The translations under genes were made by a program, and so were the position numbers. From Eledone cirrhosa (Eukaryota), in NCBI GenBank assembly GCA_964016885.1, contig OZ024745.1, forward strand, positions 14,818,001 through 14,882,000: DNA of 64,000 nt, written 5' to 3'. The first letter of the stretch is position 1. Every line of letters starts with the position of its first letter. Shown here piece after piece: positions 39,545 to 54,020 of this stretch. Below the pieces are notes generated by a model. The model was not told the DNA's origin and did no database searches. It saw only the letters and a list, made by a program, of their open reading frames with translations.

Positions 39545-40228
39545 ATATAAATATATATATATATATATATATTTGCATTGTCGAGGCTTCCAAACGACTT
39601 AAAGAAATTTACCTTATTATTATAAAGAAATTTACCTTATTATTCCACAATGCTTCAAGCAACTTCAATACTCTCTTATATATATATATATGCGTGTATA
39701 TATATATACATATAAGTGTATCGAAGTAGACAACCTGAGTTTGTGCTAGTACGTTGAACATTCCCACTTGCTCAACGAATTCACGGGACTTGCTCTTCTG
39801 AAGCGCCAGTCCGTGATTCAGAACGTACACATTTAGTTGTAAGTTCGGGATTATGTGCGGGTGTAATCAGTTTGGGTCCTGTGCACTGCGGTGCAATAAT
39901 TGCACCCAGTACACAGAAGCCACGCATTAAATCCAGAGTTGTCCGAAAGGAATGGATGCGACCAGGATCAAAACTTCTGTCTTGCCACTGTCGTCACGTG
40001 GTTTCCAAAGGCGTAGGAATACTTGGGCTGAGATAAAGAACTGATCACATAAATAGGCGGTTACATTTCAAACAGTTTGAAAGTAGCGCCAGAAAAGCTC
40101 TCCTTCGAATATAGAGAAAATAACAGTTGGAAATGCGTGAAACATTGAATTAATATTAGAGATACATTAAATATACATGAATATATAGAACACATAAAAA
40201 AAACAGATTTTCTTATATGGTCTCCCTC

Positions 40229-40336
<108 letters not shown>

Positions 40337-40449
40337 ATGGGTTATGCGACGTATTGGATAGCTATTTCTTTCTCACGATTAATAGATTAATATGTCTATT
40401 TAGTATACAGACGCCATACACACACGACGCCATACACACACACACCCAC

Positions 40450-40483
<34 letters not shown>

Positions 40484-41214
40484 ATACCGTTCACATTCGT
40501 TTGCATCTATTTCCTCACATTATAACTGTAGTGTGTAAGGTACAGTGACTAACAAACTAGATGCCATTTTAAAACAAATTGCACAGGTTATTCAAAATGA
40601 TATTGATTTAATCAATATATTATTGGACTTATGTTTCATGTCTAAAGGTTTGTTTTGCTTTGATAAGTAGTTAATCAATAAATCGATATTTCAGCCGTCA
40701 TTGGCCCCAATAACACATTCGGTTTCTTCTTAATCACATTTGCTGTTTACCGTGTTATCTTCCAGCGCTTTCAGTTTGCTTTCATATAAAGATACTTATT
40801 AATTTGTTTTCAACACTCCATCTGATTATTATTTCGAAAAAGAAACCAATGCTAAGCATATAGTGAGAGTTGAAAATTATTAGATTTCATTGAAATAAAT
40901 TACGTCGCTCCTGATTTATGTCGCTCTACATCTATTCAACTGAATGGATGTCAACAGATCAGTTCATATGTATAATAGTAATTCAAATAAATACATATTT
41001 CAGTTTAATTTATTTTCAGAGATCAGTTGAGGATGGATTAGTATCTTATTTGAACCAGATCTCGTAGAAATTAGAAGACTAGTAAAAATAGCAAAGTTGC
41101 TATTTAAAAATTACTGCAGCCAAGATATATATAGAAATCAACTCAGTAATGAGTATGACTGTCTCCTTACATGACCCTCACCCTACACAGACACACACAA
41201 ACACACACGTATAT

Positions 41215-41298
41215 ATAGAGAGATAGAGAAAGAGAGAGATAGACACCGGAGAAATGGAGAGAGAGAGAGAGGGGGGGGAGAGGAGAAGAAAGATAGAC

Positions 41299-41368
<70 letters not shown>

Positions 41369-41410
41369 AGAAAGATAGAAAGAGAGGGAGAGAGAGAGAC
41401 AGAGAGAGGG
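41215..41410. repeat. (GA)n microsatellite
   Basis: Direct inspection. Confidence 0.9.
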
Positions 41411-42016
41411 CGGTACTGTATTTGCAATAAAAGATATGCAGATTTTCAAGATTTTGTTGCAAAATATTAAATCCGATTCGATCAGCCCAATTTAAAAAGT
41501 TGACGAGGAAGAAAATATTATTTAAAACTAAATGTAATAAATGTGAACCTTACCATAGTAAGTTAATCTGATTTAGAAAAACAATATCGATCGTTAACAC
41601 CGATGAAATACGACTGATTAATAGTTTCCAATATGCTGAAGATAATTGGATAAATCTTTACCGAGAATCATTTATCAAGGAGTTACAAGTTGTCGTATGT
41701 TTTGGGTATTCTAAACGACAAAAAGGTTCGATTGCTCTGCAATAAGAGAAATTAATTTGTTTTATATACAAAGTTTAAAACCATGTTACATAGTTAAAGC
41801 CATGTTCTTTTGGTTGCTTTTGATACTAACAGGGTAGTTAAAATGTGTAAACGTTAAATAGTATATATGACGGTGAGAGAAGAGTGACAAATATATTACG
41901 ATATTGAACCTGTCTTCATTTCCAAATCCAATTGGGCTTAAAATCTATCTATCAATTCTCTGGAATGTTATATCGTTAGTAGCATGCATGCCTGTGTAGT
42001 TAAGTAACAGCACTAT

Positions 42017-42270
42017 GAAGCGTGGAGTCTAGTGGTGTGTTCGACCTATGGTCATGTTGTGTATTTGATTCCTGAACTGGGTTGTGTATTGTGTTCTTGA
42101 GCAATACACTTCATTTCATATTGCTCCAATATACTCTGCTGAGAATAGGTACCAGCAGTAGCTGGGGGTTTAATCCTGCGATGGACTGGCATCCTGTCCA
42201 GAAGGAGTCTTGTATTCCTAGTTAGTTAACACCATGGAAACCAGTCTAAGTACTGGTCTGATGAGCCTCA
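42017..42270 (+). mobile_element. tRNA-derived SINE with V-SINE-like core
   Basis: Degenerate A/B boxes, GTGTTCTTGAGCAATACACTT, and CCTGCGATGGACTGGCATCCTGTCCAG core. Confidence 0.6.
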
Positions 42271-44561
42271 GACTTTATACTATGAGGTCTCAATTTATTG
42301 GATTAGCAAACATGAGTTCCCGAATTTCACTGCACTGCGTCGCATCTTGAGCAAGTGTTTTACAATAGTCTCGGATCAACTTCCGCCCTGTGAATGAAAT
42401 TAGGTAGAAGCCTGTTAAATGAACTGTACCTGTAATTCACTGGTACAGGCTTATTGCATGCTGTGTCATGCTCATTCAACTGAATCAGTTTCGGAATTAT
42501 ATGAATGGTACGCGTGCATATGGAATACTCAGTTTCTTAGTCGTTAATATCACCAGTCGAATTTTTAGTTGATCAAACACTAAATGCTCAACGTTGAAAC
42601 CTGCACAAGATTCACCATCAACACTGATATAGTAACGCCTGTTCAGTCAACTATTCTTTACCTCTTACAACAATTGAAAGTCAATATTACATTGATGAAG
42701 TACCAAGGCAGAGTCCTAGGCGGAAGTTTTGTTGTCCACGAGAAAAGCAAGTGCAGTTAAAGTTCGATACCATTGTTGTTGTATTGAACTCAGAAAAAGT
42801 ATATGACGTCTAACAATTCCACTTATTTACTCCCGTAGATGTGTACCTTATTTATCGAAGGATGACAAGATAAATTGAATTAGGTCGAATTTGAACTCAT
42901 GGTTCAGTGAACCGGAACAAATAAGGCGAGTCATTTCATCTAATGTTCTGCCAATTGGCAGATTTACATTTGTTTTGGCAATAACAACATATAAAATATT
43001 AATTTTCAAATGATGCCGTAGGAGGAGAAATTTCCGCTTGTTTACATAGCCTCTGACTTTTCATGACCGAAAAAGAAAAAAATATCTTATTCCTGCTAAA
43101 TTGCTATTTTATTCGTCTTTACTTTTGTTTTACATTTTTTTTACCACCAACATTGTCGCAACAGGTTAGATAGAAGCAGTAAAACATTAAAATAATTATT
43201 TTGACATGGTTTTTATATCTATCCTTATTTAATCAGTCATTGCAAATAAGATACAGTATATGTGTCGACTTCTACCATAGAAAAGGAAATATCTATTTGA
43301 AATTCTATAAGAAACTATTACGTTTGAGATATTTCCTTAAATATTGACATATTTTATCAAGCAAAAACATTGTTAATAAAGGTTTGCCTGAGGCGAAATG
43401 CAACTAATTACAAGTGACGTCAAACACAGCGAAATCTGCCAAAGCCAGACAGAAAGGCAAATAACAAAGGTCTGCTTATACAACTTATTTCTATGGTTTT
43501 TCAATACATTGGTGAAATCATCGGTCTTTAATTTCCGAGATTTGAGCACGGACAAAGACCATTCATTTCCTCTTAACGTTTGCTAGCCTACACGTTCTTT
43601 ATACAATATACAATGGTTCCACGTGGCCTCGAGATTAAAGTAAATAAAGTTTAAATTACATACGTCTTTGGGAATTTGTCTTTTTCCGGATATCTCTGAA
43701 TGCTTTTCCTTACTGTTCCATCCTTATTTTGACCTTTCTACATTTACTGCATGACTAGAATGTGTTTTTGCCTCTATACACCATAATGGAAAAACTTGTC
43801 TAAATAGTTATGTAGATGAATTAATAATAATCGTGAAAAGTTGTAATATTTATTTAATTAATTAAAAACCGAACAATTTGTATGAAAATCTTTAATTTTG
43901 TAACGAATAGAAACATTGATATTATGGTCAACAGTTCCATTCTTTGATAAGAAAATCTAACGTAAACTTTAAGAGAAAATTTCTGAAGTGTACAAACTTT
44001 CTATGACTAAATCATTGCCGGTCTAAAACAGAGTTGCTAATGAAAATAACCATTGTTGATGGCTGTTAAAAAATAACTATCTACTTTAAGGAATTGTCTT
44101 TACCATTATCTTGTGCAGTCCACTGTGGGGAAGCCGGTCAGATCGATTATACGTGTCATGTAAATGTCCTTACTTTTCCTGGAAATTACATTCAAGGTAC
44201 ACGTGCCAACGGAATACTCAACTTCTTATATATTACTTCAGGAATGAGCTTGTCAGTTGGCAGAACGGATGAATGATCATCACTGAAACAGGTGGAAGAT
44301 CATTTTGCTAAATTCTTTCCCTAATAAAAAAAAAATATGTAATACGGATTTTCACATCAGAGTAATAACATACATTAGAAATTAAATTAGAGTTCAGTAT
44401 ATATATATATATATATATATAATCATTTTCTAGCCTAGAAAAAAGAGAGAAATAAATAAAAAGGGAAAAAAATTTTTTTTTTCTTCCTAATAATCGTCTT
44501 TTTCTCCCTGTTTTCATATATATATATATATATATAAATGGAAACTATCTTTATAAAACAA

Positions 44562-44615
44562 TATTATCTGATGAGAGCGTGCCAAAATGTTTGTACCCTT
44601 GAAATATATATAATA
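44562..44615 (+). ncRNA. Degenerate hammerhead-like motif inside an inverted repeat
   Basis: TATTAT-CTGATGA-GAGCGTGC..GTACCCTT-GAAA-TATATA-TAATA; cleavage register imperfect. Confidence 0.4.
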
Positions 44616-44751
44616 AAATAAATATGGTTTTATAAAGATAGTTTCTATTTATTAATATTATTGATATTATACTCCCCCAAATTTGTAGAGTGCTTCGAAT
44701 CTGTCATAAATAAATTTGTTGAATAACCAACAAATTAAATAACTCTTGGCT

Positions 44752-44847
<96 letters not shown>

Positions 44848-44861
44848 CTTAATATAGAAAT

Positions 44862-44906
44862 GGCTTCTACAGGACTAAAACTGTTTCATTCAAAGGAAAT
44901 CATCAG
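44862..44906 (-). ncRNA. Hammerhead core with truncated stem I (1921/47112 family)
   Basis: Reverse complement: CTGATGA-T-TTC-CTTT-GAA-T-GAAA-CAG..CTG-TA-GAAGCC; the 5' stem I arm is replaced by an inverted segment. Confidence 0.6.
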
Positions 44907-44952
44907 CTATGTATTGAGTACCTTATTGTGGTTACTCCCGATTGAACCCGAT

Positions 44953-44992
<40 letters not shown>

Positions 44993-46194
44993 TCCCGACG
45001 ACTGAGCTCTTGCCGATTCAACAGCTAGGTCCAGAGTCTTTATATAATAACCATACTCTACTATTCCATTTCGTGTTACAAAATTATGTATTATATCACG
45101 TGTTCTTAAAAAGCCAGTTCACCGTTCTAAATTTCATTTATATGTTTTAAACGCATCTGAGAAATCTGGTCGTATTTGCGTTAATGAAACTGTTTGGTAA
45201 TGCAATAATAAGTCACACAGTTAACTCTTATCATCTTGTATCGAAGGAAACCACATTCACAAGACATTTTTGGAAAGTACAACCAACACCATGTTTTTAT
45301 CAGGAGAGAAAGTAAAATCTTTATTATAATACTGCAGTAAATACACTATAAATATTAAATATCTCAATTAACAAGCCCATTATGTGTAGATATGCTGTTT
45401 GCTAAGCCATTAAAATTTAATACAATTATTCTCAACTTTCACATTGTGTTGATTGATGTTTCGTTTCGACTATATCCACCAGCATATATCTGTATAATAG
45501 AATCTGACCACTAATTTAAGGAACTGGTCTTTAACCCTTAGCCCTTCATTTCACTCAATCTTCTATGTTCAGAGATTTCATAAAATATACAAAGTTATAT
45601 AGGAAAGTACATAATTTTAAGAAAAACTCCATTTTCTGATTGTAGAACGACGTTGATTTGAAATGTCGTTGGTATAACTCTCTTCAACAGAAATGTCCCT
45701 TTTTTTTTATAAAACTATCTAGTAGAATTGCACTTCAAAGAAGTTCCCATTTTCAAAATTAAAAATGACTTGTCATGCAACTCATAAAATGTTATATATA
45801 TTATAACCTGTAAGAGTTACCAGGACATTGGCCAAGAAGGATTAACACTTCGACAAAGAATGTCAGTTCATTGTCAGTAACTTAGGGGTCCATACACAAG
45901 AAAGATCCCTCTTAGCCAAAAGAAATAGTGGAATGTGGACGTCAAAATTTACCATATTTCAATGTCCTCCCATTTTCGTTGTGAAATATATATGTAACTT
46001 GTATTCACAATAAAGAAAAATACACATTGAGTGCTTTTTTGAAATCTTTATTGCTTTTCATATATATATGACAAAATTCGGGATACCGACGGCTGGGCTC
46101 CTTCCTGCCATTTCAACAGCTAGATCCAAACTTCATATCACCCACTCTACTACCCCATATCACCCACTCTACACACACACACACACACACACAC

Positions 46195-46247
<53 letters not shown>

Positions 46248-46249
<2 letters not shown>

Positions 46250-46412
46250 GACCCCGACGGCAGAGCTCAAGCCGTTTCGACGGCTATTTCTGGAAACGGC
46301 TTGAGCTCTGCCGTCGGGGTCATACTTTTTCCTATTTCCCACTCTACTACCATAAGTATTGAGTACTCTGGTGCGTTATGGTCCCTCTGGTTCCTTACCA
46401 CAATTCCTTTGT
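46248..46412. repeat. Short dispersed repeat family copy with foldback hairpin
   Basis: ATGACCCCGACGGCAGAGCTCAAGCCGTTTC...GAAACGGCTTGAGCTCTGCCGTCGGGGTCAT. Confidence 0.8.
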
Positions 46413-46436
46413 TATATATATAAGTATGTATACTAG

Positions 46437-46785
46437 AACGATGTACTAGTTTCAATCATCTGGCAGGAAGGTATACGGTGCTGACGATAGAAAATAAGCT
46501 TGAAACTAGTACATCGTTCCTTTGTCAGTGTTGAACAAAAGGGCAAAAATGGTTGCTAAACACTGTACGGCTTAATTCGGGATGTTTGTTTACAAACAAA
46601 CCGAGCATTATAATAAATGTTCGGTGAATCCATACGTACATATATATATATATATGTGAATGTATGTATATATATGTACATACTACTGTACGTCTGTATA
46701 CATATATGTATGTACGTATACATACTTATATTTAAGTAACAGCTGTACTAAGAGTGAGAAATGAAATTTCGTTTCCTTTTTTCCA

Positions 46786-46790
<5 letters not shown>
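46437..46790 (+). repeat. Solo diverged copy of the HHR tandem-array unit
   Basis: CGGTG-CTGACGA-TAGAAAATAAGCTT-GAAA-CTAG-TA-CATCG (46476-46516) with downstream homology; preceded by a short inverted copy AACGATGTACTAGTTTCAA. Confidence 0.85.
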
Positions 46791-46822
<32 letters not shown>

Positions 46823-46905
46823 ATAATAATAAATTTGAAGACTAAAATCCAAAGAGGGCTCGATAAGGATAAATATATATTAAATATATAAGAACCGTAG
46901 AGCAA

Positions 46906-46983
46906 ATATTTATTAAAATAACAGATTAAAGTTTAAGCAAAGAATCGTTTCTTTGCTTAAACTTTAATCTGTTATTTTAATAA

Positions 46984-46988
<5 letters not shown>
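46906..46988. repeat. Near-perfect palindrome (~40-bp arms)
   Basis: ATATTTATTAAAATAACAGATTAAAGTTTAAGCAAAGAA..TTCTTTGCTTAAACTTTAATCTGTTATTTTAATAAATAT. Confidence 0.9.
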
Positions 46989-47029
<41 letters not shown>

Positions 47030-47097
47030 GTTATTCCGGGTTGAATCGGAGGTAACCACAGTAAGTAAGGTACTCAATACATAGCAGAGTATAAAAG

Positions 47098-47283
47098 TTT
47101 TAATATAGATGAGATTCTACAGGACTAGAACTGTTTCATTCTTTAGAAATCATCAGGAATCTGGATATCAAAAAATAAGTATGGTATTTATAAATACCAT
47201 ACTTATTTTTTGATACCCAGATTACTGATAATTTCTAAAGAATGAAACAGTTCTAGTCCTGTAGAATCTCATCTATATTAAAA
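47098..47283. repeat. 186-bp palindrome containing the HHR and a mutated mirror copy
   Basis: Centre at 47190/47191; mirror copy has CTGATAA (G8A). Confidence 0.9.
47112..47162 (-). ncRNA. Type I hammerhead ribozyme with full stem III
   Basis: Reverse complement: AGATTC-CTGATGA-T-TTC-TAAA-GAA-T-GAAA-CAG-TTCTAGTC-CTG-TA-GAATCT. Confidence 0.85.
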
Positions 47284-47442
47284 TTATATATGTATATATA
47301 TATTCTTCAAAATTGGTGAATAAATATACACATTATTTTCTGACGTCGAATGGTTAAAATACTTTTACGACTATATAAAGCGTTAGGATTAGGAGGCTTG
47401 GTTTGTTATTTCTTTTTACATTTTGTATACACACACAATGTA

Positions 47443-47940
47443 AATTAAATAGAAAACATGAATGGAACAGCAACATCACAACTTACAATTAAGGACAAAA
47501 TGAAAACACACACACACATAGAACAAACAACCAACCAGTAACATGTAAATAAACAAATAAATAAACAAATATAAACACACACAGACACCCGGATGTAACA
47601 CATGCACAAACTAAGCACACAACACACACAAAAACAAGATGGCGTAGGACAGAACAAAGGACAGGCACAAAAACAAAGAAAAGAATCCCAGTCACTGAAG
47701 AGGTCACAGAATGTGTGACAAAAGAACTTTGACAATATATGAACAATCGTCTGGTTGTGGAACCAACCGGAAATTTATAAATTCCTAAATTTATAAATTT
47801 AATTTATAATAAATTGAAGTGAAAGCAACTGGTGCGTGTGTTTCTTATTGGCAACATGACCCTCCCAAAGCATAACAATATCGGTTTCAACACTCGTTTT
47901 CAGATAAAGAATCTTGCTAAACAAATTCAGAAACGAAATA
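47443..47940 (+). mobile_element. Solo 3' end/pLTR of the PLE family at 17566
   Basis: Homologous to 18980-19429; HHR at 47691-47733 has GAAA mutated to AAAA. Confidence 0.85.
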
Positions 47941-48681
47941 TATATATATATATTATATATATATATGCATAGTTAAAACTATTATAGTCTACGTTATATA
48001 CATTGTATGTAGTCATTTATATTTGAATATGTTCTTTTATTTATTTACTTTTTTGGGGTGGGGTGGGGGTTAGTATTACATCTTTAGAAGATTGTTCAAT
48101 TTGTTAATGTTATGGACACCCCACATGCATATAAGGAGACCATAGTCTTTATAAAATGTCTTATAGTTTAGATGCCATGACTCGTTTGATCAAAAATTTC
48201 CAAGACACAAAACTTTCCATAAAACTTATTCGACTGGAAGTTTTTAGTTGCTGATGACAGAATTTAATTCCTGAAACAAAGTGAAAATCCACCAGGAATT
48301 GGAACGATCTCATCAATTTCACATGCTACATGAATTCTGGAAGGAAATGTTGCAATATTCTCGCATGATATAAACAGCGCATACAATCGAGGCTTTAAAA
48401 CAAGATAATTTTAAGAAATTAAAAAAAAAAGTGTTTGAAGTTCAAAACTAAAAGACTGTTAGTTAGTAATTTCGAACATCATGTAAAAACATGGTGTAAA
48501 AAACTATAAAATGTTGATTAGAAACTTACTGTAGTGTTTTAGCAGATTTTTTTTTCCTTATAAAAAAAAAACAATGTTTTACTTGAACATTTACTTTCTG
48601 ATGTTATAACATAAAACTACATGGTTGAATTAATTTTGTCTGAATACACGTACACAGACTCACTCTGCCCATATATATATA

Positions 48682-49105
<424 letters not shown>

Positions 49106-49117
49106 ATTTCTGGACTC

Positions 49118-49149
<32 letters not shown>

Positions 49150-49182
49150 GTATGTACTTGTGCATATATATATATATAGCAT

Positions 49183-49437
49183 AAGAATAAAAGAACAAAG
49201 AATCAGTGTTGCATCATAACATATTTAATAGCATATTACATATGTTTCACTGTCAATCAGCTCGAGGAACGTCTCAGAGATGAGCTTATATATTGAAGCA
49301 TATCTGAGGCTCTTTCGATTCCAGAGTCAGGTTCGATCAATAATAGATCGTTCCTCGAGTTGATCGACAGTGAACATATTTAATATTTTATTAAATACGT
49401 TATGATGCAACATTGATTCTTTGTTCCTTTATTCTTA
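49183..49437. repeat. Inverted-repeat element containing a degenerate long-stem-II hammerhead
   Basis: 49183-49271 is the reverse complement of 49349-49437; GCATAT-CTGAGG...ATCGACAG-T-GAA-CATAT homologous to 58623-58710. Confidence 0.65.
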
Positions 49438-49559
49438 CACTATTAATACTCTGCTTTGCAAGACCATCGAGTGGTCACCCGGCACACTGCCTATGGACGC
49501 AATTATATTGCACATCTACACCTATATATATATGTGAACGTCAAGGAAGAAAAAACACA

Positions 49560-49700
49560 CAGAAGAATGAAGACATACATTAGTATAACACTTGATATAG
49601 CAGACAAAGCGTCTTAATGCCTTTGACGTTAGTCCTTCATCAGAAGATAGAATGGAAGATAGAAAAAGACATAGTAAGTTAGACAAAAGAAGAAGGAGGA
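49560..49700 (-). repeat. Diverged copy of the PLE 3' UTR at ~1090-1180 with decayed HHR
   Basis: CTTGATATAGCAG..GTCTTAA..AGTCCTTCATCAGAAGA shared; GAAA lost. Confidence 0.6.
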
Positions 49701-52289
49701 AGAAACGTAAAGAAATACACTATTTGTACGGGGAAAAGTACGTGTGTGTGTGTTTAGTCAGTTATATTGAGAAGAGCGAATCGGAAAGTATCTTATATAT
49801 AAGAGATTCATAAAAGGGAGATCATTCTGGTATATTTTGAGTTAATCTGTGTTTGCCATACCCACTGTCTCCATTTGGTAATAAAGCCAATTTGAGAGGC
49901 CTCTTAAAGAAGACCTCCAATCTCCTGAGGTTAAAGCTAACTTGCAATGAATTTTCATTCATTGGTTAGTGAAGCCAGTTTCTTTACAAATCTCTAATCT
50001 TTGTGAACACCACCGCCCAGAAAAGCGCCACGATGCAGTCTTTTGTGTAAGTTTTAATTATTTACACAACGAAGAGCAGAGACTGCTTAATACAAAAAAC
50101 TATCAGGAGATCCAGGATCTTCTAATTGAGAAGGTCTTACCAACCAAACGCTGATTAAAAGCTCGATGCAAACGATTAGGGGATCCAGGACATTTTGGTT
50201 GGAGCGGGTCTTAACTATCAGACGCAGATTGGATATATATTTTTTCAATAGCAAGAATAAACTAGAGTTAATGTGAATGAGAATCTTGCAACTGGTTTTG
50301 GCACATCAGAAATATATTTGTATTGATTATTATAATTCATATTGGCAAGAAGATATATATTCACACCTGTTAATACTATTTTCAAGCTAGGTGACAAGTG
50401 CTAGAGGGAGGTTAAATAATTCATGTCTTTTACTGTATCGATCATGTGTTACAGCGCTGATTTATAAAAACGCTTTAAAGTTAGGGCTCATGTAAGGATG
50501 AATAGATGTAGGAATATGTTTTATACTCATATGAAGAAATATTCAGTAAAATATTGTATCACCTAATATTACAAATTATTATAAGTCTCATTTAAACTGG
50601 ATATTGAATGAGAATTTGAATATTGAGGCAATGTTGTAGGTAAATCTCTCACTTCTAGATATCTGGAATTTGAAAAGTTGTGACATATTTCAATTGTAGT
50701 CATTCCTACATTGAGGTGAAATTAGGATTATTACATCGTCTTTTAAACTGACTAGCTTGTTCGAAAACCTGGGTAAGTTCGGTGCTTTTTACCTTTAATA
50801 TATCATTAGACTAATAAATGGATAAAATAGGGAGACAAAGAGAGAGATCTAGAGGAACAGAATTATCCATTTTATTACAACATATCTAGTGAGCTACACT
50901 GTTTATTATTTTTAAACATAATCTTAAATTTGGAGGGATTTAGTAATAGTACAAACCTTATCATTATTAAGTTGGTGTGAGGAACCTAACATTAAAATAT
51001 TCTTATATAATGATGGTACTTTATTAAATGAATTCAAATTAGTCTACAATTAATACGAGGGCTGTATCAGGTACTTTGGTATCAAAAGATTTAATGGGAG
51101 ATTGAATAAACAAAATACTATTTCGATGGTCTAAAATAAATCACTAGAGAAAGTATGTAGCGTGAAGAGTAAATTCAGTGAGGGTACAGTGTGGTCGTCT
51201 CACGTTTCAAATCCCAGAAGGTTAAAGTTAATTTCAGTAGTAGATAATGCAATTCAACCCTAAATCTTTGATTTGTGAACTGTAAAACAACTTACAAAGT
51301 GTGTCTGTACTTTCATGATTTTGAAATAGAGTTGTAATCTTTTTCAGAAATGTATTTTATCAATCTGTAAACACATCTAACGGCGACCATTTGAACATAT
51401 TTTCATTCATTTATATTTCATATGGTTTCCTTAATAAATGATGAGGATCAGATAAAGAAGTTTTCTATTGATTTACTAGAGCTGTAATTATGTATTGTTT
51501 ATCTTGAAAAATTGAAAGATATGTTTCACAAATCTAAGAATATATTTTCACGTATTATACAAATGAAGCAATTAACTAAGTATTATAAATATATTTTGTT
51601 TAATATATCGTATTATAACATAGTACTAAATGTGGCACAAACCTTTTTCTGATTATATGACATCTAAAATTATCTATAAAGCTACGCCTTAAATTAAATT
51701 AAGAATCGTTTACACAATTGTGTCATTCGATTATATAAAAGATAGATATCAAAATACGTTATAAATCAAGAGGATATTAGAAATGCAATTTATAAGAACA
51801 TTCATAAGTTACTATAGGTAGTCGGTATATCCCTTTAGCAAGACAACCTCTAGCGGATGATGTACGTAGATAATAAAACGTCCATATTATTTAGAGAATG
51901 TTAGGCATAGAGGAGAAAATTATATATGAAAGGAAATATAATGAAATGCTTATCTCATTAGATTAATTATTGCTATAAAAACCGTAAATAAATGTCCAAA
52001 GAATGGTTATAAAGCTTTGATCGTGTAGATGGAGGATCACAATCATATATATGTTCATATAATTGCAACAAAATCAATTCTGATTCATAAACAACATCAA
52101 AAGTCGGGGACAATCCTTTGCTGGGATCAACAAAACCGATATTAATATTGCAATATGAATAAATTTGAAATAATATTTTAGAGTGACTGAACAACAAAGG
52201 GGATTACAAATTCAATTACACGGTGTCATAATATCTATAATGCTGCACGAGATATAATATAGATTTATTCATTTCAATATATGTACGGG

Positions 52290-52305
52290 TATGCACACAC
52301 ATTCA

Positions 52306-52385
<80 letters not shown>

Positions 52386-52395
52386 CACACACGCA

Positions 52396-52441
<46 letters not shown>

Positions 52442-52455
52442 CGCGCGCACACAAA
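52290..52455. repeat. (CA)n microsatellite
   Basis: Direct inspection. Confidence 0.95.
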
Positions 52456-52577
52456 CACTCATATATATATATATATGTGTATATATATATGTAATATAAC
52501 TCTATATATTTATATACACATATCTAATGTGGCGCTCTCTCTCGCCTCCCACCCACCCTCTCTCTCTCTCTCCCCCC

Positions 52578-52632
<55 letters not shown>

Positions 52633-53008
52633 CACAACATTAACTGCCCTTTGAATTACGACGCCATTCGAATGTTCGTAAACAGGTTTAATATGAATAA
52701 TAGTAATGTCTATTGCTCATGCATAAAAAACTGAAATATCAACTCTCACTTGTAATATATTAGTGTGTGTGTTTGCGGCTAATGAATTCTATCCGGCTCA
52801 ATAGCTCATTGTATTGCTTTTATGACCTCTTCAATATTATATGATTATGACGTCATTACAAATTAAATAAAACTTCAAATAATTCCCATAATTCCAGTTA
52901 TGCACAGACTTTATGTAACCTGAAGAAAGTTGTTGTTTCTATATTTTAATTGAAGAATGTGGTTCAATTACTGCCACAAATGTCTATTAGATCTTTATTT
53001 GTAATGAA

Positions 53009-53345
53009 GGCGGCGAATAGGCAGAGTCGTTAGAACATTGGATAGCTTGCTTTGTGGTATTCGTTCCGGCACTCTGCTCTCTGGGTTCAAACCCCACCGA
53101 GGTCAACTTTGCCTTTCATCCATTCGAGGACGAAAAAAAAGTACCAGTCTAATACTGGGGTCTATTCTTCCTTTATATCACATTCTCACTTCCATTCTCT
53201 CACTCTCTATCCTTCTCTGGAAGAAAGCTTATGTATTCAGACTTGGAGAGGGGGTGTGCTCCACCAGGTTTAGAGAAATTACCTAGAAATGCCGTATGTC
53301 AATATGGCGCCCCTACCATTCTCCCATGAGTTAATGGACCATACA
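53009..53345 (+). mobile_element. tRNA-derived SINE
   Basis: GGCGGCGAATAGGCAGAGTCGTTAG A-box-like head, GGGTTCAAACCCC B-box, GTCAACTTTGCCTTTCATCC body; tail shared with 55949. Confidence 0.8.
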
Positions 53346-53424
53346 TATATTTATATTAAATGATTTACCAAATCTATACCAGCTATACAATTAGAAAACA
53401 ATTCTATTATATATTGTACGTGAG

Positions 53425-54020
53425 GGAGGGGCATTATCAGTACCGGTAAAACGTCGGACAACATAATTTGCTGGATATAGTTACGTTCCTTTACGTTCTG
53501 ATTTCAAATTCCGCTTCGATTAGCTTTGCTTTTAAACCTTACGGTACCGATAAATTAAAGTACCACAAACGTACCGGGGGTCGATTTAATTAACTTTTCC
53601 CTCCCCGAAAATTGTTTGCCTTGTCCCTAAATTAGAAACCATTATATAGTTACGGCCCTTGCCTTCTGAGTTCAAATCCCGCCGAGGTTAACTTTGCCTT
53701 TCATCCTTACGGGGTCGATAAAATAAAGTACCAGTAATGTACTGGGTAATTGCTGGCCTTGTGCCAAAAATTAGAATCAATTATATATTACACCTGATGT
53801 CGGTTTATTAGCAGTATCGGTAGAGCGTCGGACAACATAATTTTCTGGATATAGTTACGTTTCTTTACGTTCTGAGTTCAAATCCCACCGAGGTTAGCTT
53901 TGCTTTTCATCCTCATGGTATCGATAACTTGAAGTACCAGTAACGCACCGGGGTCGATTTAATCAACTTTCCCTTTCTCCAAAATTGTTGATATTGTGCC
54001 TAAATAAAAAGTAAAAACAA
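53425..54020 (+). mobile_element. Cluster of three tandem tRNA-derived SINE copies
   Basis: Repeated TTCTGAGTTCAAATCC..TTTGC.TTTCATCC..GATAA..AAGTACCAGT..TTGTGCC.AAA. Confidence 0.8.

Noticed and set aside
42250-42280. CTGATGAG in the SINE tail
   Set aside because: No downstream GAAA or stem III
48250-48290. CTGATGA...GAAA hammerhead-like spacing
   Set aside because: No UH cleavage site or stem I pairing
51973-52197. 74-aa minus-strand ORF as a possible exon
   Set aside because: No motif or independent support
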